DNA of 12,090 bases from a virus (lineage: Duplodnaviria > Heunggongvirae > Uroviricota > Caudoviricetes), in the IMG/VR virus record IMGVR_UViG_2740892233_000019, one strand, 5' to 3'. Position numbers and translations under genes: made by a program. The notes beneath the pieces are model-generated. The model was given only the letters and a program-made list of their open reading frames with translations, was not told the DNA's origin and ran no database searches. Below are positions 6,681 to 12,090 of the stretch, one piece after another. How positions within the stretch are numbered: the stretch's first letter is position 1; each line of letters opens with the position of its first letter.

Positions 6681-7856
6681 TCAGCTTGACACAACATTTA
6701 TAGACGTTTTACCATCGTATTCAGCCAGGTATTTACCGTAATTGCGGAACAGCATTTCCGGCCCCTTATGCCCCATCTGCCCGGCAAGCCAGAAAAGGTT
6801 TACACCCTGGCTAATGTGTCTGGTGGCGAATGTGTGGCGCGTCTGGTACGGGTTACGGTAGCGCACACCAGCTTTTTTCAGGGTCGGCACCCATGCTTTT
6901 TTACGGATAGCGTCGGCGTTCGTCCAGGGTTCTCCCGTTTTCGGATCGCTGAATATGAACTCACTTTTCATAAAGGTGTATTGCTTCTGCGCCTGCAGGG
7001 CTGCCAGCGCCTCACTGTTCAGCTCCACCTTACGGGTACCGGCTTTTGTCTTGGTGCCTTTAAGTACCCCTACGACACTGGCCGCCTGAACGTGGGCTGT
7101 GTTCGCGATGGTGTCGAGATCAGCCCAGCGCAGCGCGCACAGTTCTGAGCTCCGCAGACCTGTATTGAAAGCAAAGCGGAACAGGTTTTCCCATTCCCTG
7201 TACCTGCAGCTCTGGTAAATGGCAAGGGTCTCCGCTGGCGTGAACGGGTCAACCTCGTAATCGTCGGCGCTCGGGCTACTGTCGATCACGTGGTACCGGC
7301 TGGCGCTGACGAGGGTTACCGGGTTAATGGTCAGCAGGCCATCCGTAACAGCTTCATCAATGGCGCTGCGCAGAAATGACAGGTTATTCCTGATTGTTTT
7401 CAGCTTAGTTTTTCGGCTGGCTATCCAATTTTTTAGTATCGCAGGCGTCAATTCTGTTACATGTAGTTTATGTAGTTCTGATAGTGCTGATAGACATTTT
7501 TCGTAACCGCCAATGGTTGACGGCGACAGATTACGGTTTATGCAAATTTTCAGGTATTCATCAAGATAGGACTTAATATTTTTGGTTTTCTTTACTACAC
7601 CGAATAACTCCAGTTTTTTGGAATTGGGGAAATATTTCGCATATTCAAACGTTCCGCTGGCGATCTGATTTTGTATCTCCCCTAGCAGGCGCTCAGCATA
7701 TTTTATACCACGTGTATTTGCCTCAAGCCGAGATAGGGGCTCCCTGCAAAGAACCCCTTTATATGTGAAAGTGATAACTAGTGTTGAAGCAGTTTTATGC
7801 TTACGAATAGTTACTCCTCTTGGCAGAGATAATAATCCTTGTTCTTTCTTGCCCAT
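6681..7856 (-). CDS. int: Phage integrase (tyrosine recombinase) of the lambdoid prophage
   Basis: C-terminal catalytic boxes: GLRSSELCALRWADLD (Arg), TRHTFATRH (box II, LRHxFAT-like), LFRNYGKYL (Tyr). Start at MGKKEQ (7856) preferred over 7883. The excisionase ORF overlaps its 5' end, as is typical for int-xis pairs. Confidence 0.85.
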   Translation of the reverse strand: MGKKEQGLLSLPRGVTIRKHKTASTLVITFTYKGVLCREPLSRLEANTRGIKYAERLLGEIQNQIASGTFEYAKYFPNSKKLELFGVVKKTKNIKSYLDEYLKICINRNLSPSTIGGYEKCLSALSELHKLHVTELTPAILKNWIASRKTKLKTIRNNLSFLRSAIDEAVTDGLLTINPVTLVSASRYHVIDSSPSADDYEVDPFTPAETLAIYQSCRYREWENLFRFAFNTGLRSSELCALRWADLDTIANTAHVQAASVVGVLKGTKTKAGTRKVELNSEALAALQAQKQYTFMKSEFIFSDPKTGEPWTNADAIRKKAWVPTLKKAGVRYRNPYQTRHTFATRHISQGVNLFWLAGQMGHKGPEMLFRNYGKYLAEYDGKTSINVVSS

Positions 7857-8020
7857 TTTGAAACCTCTATTAAGTCGACCCAACGCTCTTTAACCCCGTC
7901 GACTTTTAATACATGTACCCCTTCTTTCCATATTCCTCTTTGTATCCGTTTGTTAACGGCATCAACCGTTTCTCCCGCGTTGCGGCAGTAGGTTGATATA
8001 GGTACGCAATCCAGCCCCAC
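7811..8020 (-). CDS. xis: Excisionase-like small DNA-binding protein (Xis)
   Basis: 69-aa basic ORF immediately upstream of and overlapping int. GTG start at 8020 with GAGGTGA Shine-Dalgarno 5 nt upstream. Sequence pattern resembles the excisionase-like family by eye; no strong motif check is possible. Confidence 0.55.
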   Translation of the reverse strand: MGLDCVPISTYCRNAGETVDAVNKRIQRGIWKEGVHVLKVDGVKERWVDLIEVSKWARKNKDYYLCQEE

Positions 8021-8178
8021 AGTTCACCTCACACAACATTCAGCCCACGACAGTGACACCACACTTCAAACATTCGTTTCACAATTTCACGACAGTAGAA
8101 ACCGTCAACATCTCGCGTCAGGTCATAGCGATTGCCGAATGTCTTGCGAACCCATAACTCAAAAACCGTATGCATGTA

Positions 8179-8421
8179 TCACCTCCGTTGCATTGCGCGC
8201 AATTTTTTCAGGTGCTTTTCCTGCTCAGTGTCCGCCAGGATTTTGCAATACTGCTGGTGGTCAATATGTTCGAACAGGCAGTTGAACTCACCAATGCATA
8301 CCCGCCCGGAGTGTCCGTCCATACGTCGAAAGAACACAGAGCGGTCCGTACAGCGAGTAATCACCACAGGGTATCCGGCCCTGTCCGTGTATATTTGCCC
8401 GCGTTGAATAAGTGCGAACAT
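8179..8421 (-). CDS. Phage early-region hypothetical protein (80 aa)
   Basis: ORF in the minus-strand operon; GGGGA RBS before ATG at 8421; only 4 nt from the stop of the upstream 27-aa ORF. The opposite-strand ORFs at 8132..8407 and 8170..8454 are judged spurious. Confidence 0.5.
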   Translation of the reverse strand: MFALIQRGQIYTDRAGYPVVITRCTDRSVFFRRMDGHSGRVCIGEFNCLFEHIDHQQYCKILADTEQEKHLKKLRAMQRR

Positions 8422-8425
8422 GAGA

Positions 8426-8509
8426 TTATCCCCAGCGGCAAATCGAAAAAATAATCAGCGCAATCGATATTGCAACACCTACAATTGCAAATGCTTCAGG
8501 CCAACTCAT
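8426..8509 (-). CDS. Small hydrophobic peptide (27 aa, single predicted TM helix), absent from the ORF track
   Basis: Hand translation of the minus strand gives MSWPEAFAIVGVAISIALIIFSICRWG, stop TAA. Its ATG (8509..8507) overlaps the TGA stop of the DUF551 gene as ATGA, indicating translational coupling. Confidence 0.35.
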   Translation of the reverse strand: MSWPEAFAIVGVAISIALIIFSICRWG

Positions 8510-9369
8510 TGACTCACCTCCTGCGGCGGTTCTGGTAGAGGCATCCAGTGGGTTACATCGCATTCAGGGATGCTGATATCATCACCAAGCCACCCTTGAC
8601 CTTCAGACCAGCATTGCACGTAATACCCGTATTCTGTGTTCACTACGCACCACTGTGCGTCGTTCGGCATTAGCTCACTACAGCTTATCCAACCATCCGG
8701 AGTTACCGGAACTTGCGGAATGGCTGTCTGCTCTCGAACGTCATTAGGCGCTATAGGTTCTGCTGCCAACTGACTGGCATATTTGTTAATGGTAACGATA
8801 AGCTCTTGCTCAGCCTCATCCAGATAATCACCGATACCTCGCCTGTCACCGTCAAAATCATCGAAATCGGCACGAATCTTGGCAACCTTCTGGATTGCGG
8901 ACAACACCTCACTAGGAATTACCGGATAGTTGGTTGACGTTTCCGCGATTTCCCGAAAATTATTGGTTGACGAATTCTTATTTTCCCGAAAGTTTCTGGC
9001 CTGAAGCATGGCGGCGCGGCAGGCATTCCAGCCAGTAGCGTAATATTTCGCATCCTGCCAGCTCGTTTGTACATTTGAGTACGCTTTTTCCTCTGTCATG
9101 GCCTCTGGTATTGATGCCGGTGCAATTCGTGGCAGGCCGATATATAGTGGTACATCTCCCGGCTCCATCGAATTGACGGGCCAAATATACGCATCACTAC
9201 CATGGTTAATGAGCGCAATCCCCGAAGTATCGATGATGCCAAATGGCTCCGCTGTCAATGCAGTCAATGCAATTTCATAAGCCCGACGCTCAATATTGTC
9301 TCGCACGTCCAGGCTGCTTATGCGCTCTTTGATTTCTTTAATCAGTTTCTTATCGGTGAAAGTGGTCAT
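8506..9369 (-). CDS. Phage protein with C-terminal DUF551-like domain (Ea22-like early-left region protein)
   Basis: 287-aa ORF ending in the Cys/Trp-rich motif CSELMPNDAQWCVV...HWMPLPEPP, which I recognise as the DUF551 signature of lambdoid prophage early proteins. One nt separates it from the upstream gene. Confidence 0.65.
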   Translation of the reverse strand: MTTFTDKKLIKEIKERISSLDVRDNIERRAYEIALTALTAEPFGIIDTSGIALINHGSDAYIWPVNSMEPGDVPLYIGLPRIAPASIPEAMTEEKAYSNVQTSWQDAKYYATGWNACRAAMLQARNFRENKNSSTNNFREIAETSTNYPVIPSEVLSAIQKVAKIRADFDDFDGDRRGIGDYLDEAEQELIVTINKYASQLAAEPIAPNDVREQTAIPQVPVTPDGWISCSELMPNDAQWCVVNTEYGYYVQCWSEGQGWLGDDISIPECDVTHWMPLPEPPQEVSQ

Positions 9370-9370
9370 C

Positions 9371-9700
9371 TCACTCTCCTTTGATGCGAATGCCAGCGAC
9401 GCGTAGTGCGTGTTCTAAGTCAATCAGGCAAAGCCAGCTGCCATTTTCTTTAGGTATCATGACATGTCGCTTATCAGCATTTATTGGGTGCCCATATCGA
9501 AGGTCGTAGCGAGTCGGTAATTGAACTTCCCTCGCTTCCAGTTCTGTAATGCGTTTGTTTTTAGCTTCTAGTTCATCCAGCAGCACCAGCACAACCTGCG
9601 GTGTGACTTTCATACGAAACGCAAGCAATTTTTGCGGCGTTGCCACGACTTTTATTGCTTCTGCCGCCTCACGCAGTGCCTGATAGTCAATCTTGCTCAC
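9371..9700 (-). CDS. Ead/Ea22-like family small phage protein
   Basis: N-terminus MSKIDYQALREAAEAIK resembles the QALREAAE-type start of Ead/Ea22-like prophage proteins as I recall them. ATGA overlap with the upstream gene. Confidence 0.55.
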   Translation of the reverse strand: MSKIDYQALREAAEAIKVVATPQKLLAFRMKVTPQVVLVLLDELEAKNKRITELEAREVQLPTRYDLRYGHPINADKRHVMIPKENGSWLCLIDLEHALRVAGIRIKGE

Positions 9701-9936
9701 TGGTTGCCTCCTTTACGGATCTGCGCTGCGATGCGCGAAAAAAAAGCCTCCCGCGTATGGCTGTTAAGAGCTGGCGCGAACGCCGCGTTAAGAACGGCAG
9801 CATCACAGCCGTCATCGATATAGAGCGCAATTTTTTTCTCCAGGCGCGCTTTGGCTTCCTGCAACTGCATACCCCGGCACGCACGCGGGATATAATCAGC
9901 AATTTGAGCGATAGCTTTTTCGTTCTGTTTAAACAT
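9697..9936 (-). CDS. Phage early-region hypothetical protein (79 aa)
   Basis: Protein-like composition; overlaps neighbours by 4 and 8 nt in operon fashion. Preferred over the overlapping Arg-rich 9687..10049 frame. Confidence 0.5.
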   Translation of the reverse strand: MFKQNEKAIAQIADYIPRACRGMQLQEAKARLEKKIALYIDDGCDAAVLNAAFAPALNSHTREAFFSRIAAQIRKGGNQ

Positions 9937-10132
9937 GCTTCACCTCGATAGGCTTGATGGTGTCTAACAGCAGTCGGCGGCGCGTATTTTCTGCAAAATG
10001 GCGGCGTCCAGTTTCTTTGTGGTAAAACTCGTTTTTGCCAACGACCCACATCCGCTCTGTTTGGTGCAATTTTTTTACCTGCGGGCCATCTTTGGTGATC
10101 ACGGTACCGGTATGGGTTTTTACGATTGTCAT
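9929..10132 (-). CDS. Phage early-region hypothetical protein (67 aa)
   Basis: Small basic ORF coupled by a 4-nt overlap to the PAPS-reductase-like gene upstream and an 8-nt overlap downstream. Confidence 0.5.
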   Translation of the reverse strand: MTIVKTHTGTVITKDGPQVKKLHQTERMWVVGKNEFYHKETGRRHFAENTRRRLLLDTIKPIEVKHV

Positions 10133-11007
10133 GCCACGACCTCTTCGAATTTCAACTCCAATTGGTCACCCCAGATTTCACATGATTCGGAACACGAACC
10201 AGTATCAAACCGCTTGGCCAGCACCATCGCCTGATACAAACTTCTGTAGTCGCTGTCGGCATACATTCTGGCAATCCCGTCAAGCGTCAGGTGACCACGG
10301 TACATAACGTCTTTACCTGTTCTGCGATGACCATCCCTGACGTGTTTGCCTGTAACCAGTTCATTAAAAACCCGCATCAGACCAGGTTCGTCTTTACATG
10401 CAAGCCCCAGCTTTTGCGTTGACTTTTTGATGCAAAAAACACAGTTCCCGAGGTGCTCCGGGATTTGCAAATCAAAAGGTTGTTTTTGCCACCACCGGAT
10501 AACATCCGACTTATCAAAATCTGACAGCTCGGCAAGATACCGGACGCCAGGTTTCGGTTTCAGCCTACGGGGTTCGTCCGCACGAATACCGAGCCATGTG
10601 ATGTAATTCCCTCGCCCAAAATGGTCATCGCAATATTTCGTGAAAGGGGTGAGTTTTAGCCTGTCAGTACAGAATGCGCCGCCGATGTATGGCGTACCGT
10701 ACTTTTTAACCATGTCCATAAACGGTTTAAGCACCGGCATTCGCGTCTGAATATCCTTTGGTTCCCATTCCGTATAACCATTTGGCTGCCCAAGCTCTGG
10801 ATTTATATCGACCTGCAACACAGTTAGCGGTATGCCCCAGAACTTCAAAACCTCCCGAATAAAGCGGTATGTCAGCGGATGTTCGCAACCGGTATCCATA
10901 AAGATGTAGCAGACGTTATTGCCAGCCTTTCTTTGTTCTTCCATCAGGTGAACAAGATATGCAGATGTTCTCCCGCCAGAAAAACTAACTACATGAGTTA
11001 TGCACAT
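10129..11007 (-). CDS. Phosphoadenosine-phosphosulfate (PAPS) reductase-like PP-loop protein, phage type
   Basis: N-terminal PP-loop motif SFSGGRTS (SGGxDS-type). C-terminal cysteine pairs CVFC and CSESC. This family is commonly found in lambdoid prophage early-left regions. Confidence 0.8.
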   Translation of the reverse strand: MCITHVVSFSGGRTSAYLVHLMEEQRKAGNNVCYIFMDTGCEHPLTYRFIREVLKFWGIPLTVLQVDINPELGQPNGYTEWEPKDIQTRMPVLKPFMDMVKKYGTPYIGGAFCTDRLKLTPFTKYCDDHFGRGNYITWLGIRADEPRRLKPKPGVRYLAELSDFDKSDVIRWWQKQPFDLQIPEHLGNCVFCIKKSTQKLGLACKDEPGLMRVFNELVTGKHVRDGHRRTGKDVMYRGHLTLDGIARMYADSDYRSLYQAMVLAKRFDTGSCSESCEIWGDQLELKFEEVVA

Positions 11008-11303
11008 TTGCGTAATTCCGATAACTCGTTGAAGCGTTCCATAAACATCCCGTAGGCATGGCCCGGTGCCAGTGGAATCACTTTGAACATCTCTGTTGCC
11101 GGGATACCTTCCAATACAGGCCAGAAAGAGCCATCATCAAGTCCGAGATCGCGGCGTTCGGTTGCCAGCATGATGAGATCGGCATATTTCACTGGCGTGC
11201 TCATAACAGGAGGTAACCCGTATTTCTCACGGATTACGGCGTCTATTTTTTCTTCCATCCGTTTATAGTCAGGAAGAAGTCGTTTCAGTGGCGCGGGGAT
11301 GTC
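10998..11303 (-). CDS. Phage hypothetical protein, 5'-truncated by the N-gap
   Basis: Open frame runs into the N-run; the clean part encodes DIPAPLKRLLPDYKRMEEKIDAVIREKYG...ELRKCA. Overlaps the start of the PAPS-reductase-like gene by 10 nt. Confidence 0.45.
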   Translation of the reverse strand, partial: DIPAPLKRLLPDYKRMEEKIDAVIREKYGLPPVMSTPVKYADLIMLATERRDLGLDDGSFWPVLEGIPATEMFKVIPLAPGHAYGMFMERFNELSELRKCA

Positions 11304-11304
11304 C

Positions 11305-11314
11305 NNNNNNNNNN
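11305..11314. other. Run of 10 N: assembly or scaffold gap
   Basis: Ten consecutive n characters. Reading frames on both sides are interrupted and flanking composition and gene content differ. Confidence 0.95.
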
Positions 11315-11316
11315 AC

Positions 11317-12090
11317 TTTACTGATGGAACAACAAACCAGTTGAACATCAGCAACTCCCTGATTCATGGTTCAATCACTTCAATGCTGCCTATGGGTGAA
11401 AGCAGTGATGGTCATTATGTCTATCAGTTCTCTGAATACGGTACTGATCGTGTAATTGATGATAATTGGCATGATGGTGATGTATTCACTTTAAATATTG
11501 CTAATTCTACAATTGATGACGATTATGAAGGTTTATACTTCACTGATTCATATCTGGACGGTGACGTTACCAAATATACTAACGAAACCTTCCATACCCC
11601 AGCTGGTGAAGGTGAAGAATACGCCGGTTTGTTTGCAAACGGTGGTGTTGGCCTTGGGCTGGCAGTGAATCTTGATGTCGAAAGTAACATCAATATTTCT
11701 AACAACTCCCGCGTTGCTGGTATCAGCCTGACTCAGGGTAATACCGTAAACAATACTTACACTACTGAATCTCATACTTGGGATAACAATATCTCAGTTA
11801 CCGATTCCACAGTGACTTCAGGTTCTGTAACTACTCTGGAAGACAGTGGTTTCTATGGTAACTCTGCGGAACCTAGTGATTACTCTGGTAACGGCGAAGC
11901 TAATGATGTAGCTCTGTATTTCAGTGATAGTGCGGCTTCAAATTACTCCATGAAAAACAATGTTTATTTCAGCAATTCTACTCTGCTGGGTGATGTTGTT
12001 TTCGCAAGTACTTTCAACGCAAACTTCTATCCTCAAGGTCATGACAGTAATGCCGATGGCGTACTTGGACACCAATGGTGGCTGGGCTGA
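11317..12090 (+). CDS. Asn/Ser/Thr/Gly/Asp-rich repeat protein fragment, 5'-partial (adhesin or autotransporter passenger-like)
   Basis: Frame open from the gap to TGA at 12088-12090. Composition and short repeats (NISNSLIHGS, NIANSTIDDD, NINISNNSRVAGISL, NNISVTDSTVTSGSV) are typical of beta-helical adhesin passenger domains. The ATG at 11299 is chance, lying before the gap. Confidence 0.4.
   Translation, partial: FTDGTTNQLNISNSLIHGSITSMLPMGESSDGHYVYQFSEYGTDRVIDDNWHDGDVFTLNIANSTIDDDYEGLYFTDSYLDGDVTKYTNETFHTPAGEGEEYAGLFANGGVGLGLAVNLDVESNINISNNSRVAGISLTQGNTVNNTYTTESHTWDNNISVTDSTVTSGSVTTLEDSGFYGNSAEPSDYSGNGEANDVALYFSDSAASNYSMKNNVYFSNSTLLGDVVFASTFNANFYPQGHDSNADGVLGHQWWLG

Noticed and set aside
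6768-7252. ORFs 6768..7148 (+) and 7070..7252 (-) inside the lambdoid integrase
   Set aside because: They overlap a recombinase with intact catalytic boxes; the translations are Arg/Cys-rich frame artefacts.
8132-8454. Plus-strand ORFs 8132..8407 and 8170..8454 opposite the 80-aa phage gene
   Set aside because: Operon context (RBS, 4-nt spacing to the upstream micro-ORF, same strand as all neighbours) supports the minus-strand frame.
8713-9384. ORFs 8713..8937 (+), 8978..9184 (-), 9098..9280 (+) and 9202..9384 (+) within the DUF551 gene region
   Set aside because: All are nested or antisense to the 287-aa gene, which carries a recognisable C-terminal domain; no supporting signals.
9632-10049. 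ORFs 9632..9823 (+), 9640..9951 (+) and the 120-aa minus-strand ORF 9687..10049
   Set aside because: The 120-aa frame is extremely Arg-rich and overlaps two better-behaved, translationally coupled ORFs (9697..9936 and 9929..10132). The plus-strand frames are antisense to the operon.
9998-11268. Plus-strand ORFs 9998..10234, 10035..10307, 10346..10606 and 11083..11268
   Set aside because: Antisense to the PAPS-reductase-like gene and the gap-truncated phage gene; Ser/Arg/Cys-rich translations without motifs.
11523-11775. Minus-strand ORFs 11523..11705 and 11548..11775 inside the adhesin-like fragment
   Set aside because: Antisense to a long repeat-rich coding frame; no start signals.
1-12090. 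CRISPR arrays, IS elements or transposases, rRNA genes
   Set aside because: No regularly spaced direct repeats, no transposase-like ORF or terminal inverted repeats, and no rRNA-like conserved sequence were seen on either strand.

Overview
This window reads as a mosaic of horizontally acquired DNA from an enterobacterial-type genome. (i) 1..3235 is a visibly AT-rich, translationally coupled two-gene cassette: a 5'-truncated sensor histidine kinase followed by a protein with an N-terminal receiver (REC) domain fused to a large C-terminal region with no motif I can recognise. It is the best candidate here for an undescribed system, possibly a phosphorelay-type defence module. (ii) 3307..5180 holds a small 4-TM membrane protein, a P4/IntA-type tyrosine integrase, and a 25-nt copy of the tmRNA (ssrA) 3' end acting as an att core with no tmRNA body. 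(iii) 5290..6231 is an orphan membrane-anchored protein. (iv) 6681..11303 is the left arm of a lambdoid prophage: integrase, excisionase, tightly coupled early-left genes including a DUF551/Ea22-like protein and a PAPS-reductase-like protein. (v) A 10-N gap at 11305..11314 is followed by a fragment of an Asn/Ser/Thr/Gly-rich adhesin-like protein. No rRNA, tRNA, CRISPR array or transposase was seen. All calls rest on motifs read by eye; no searches were run.
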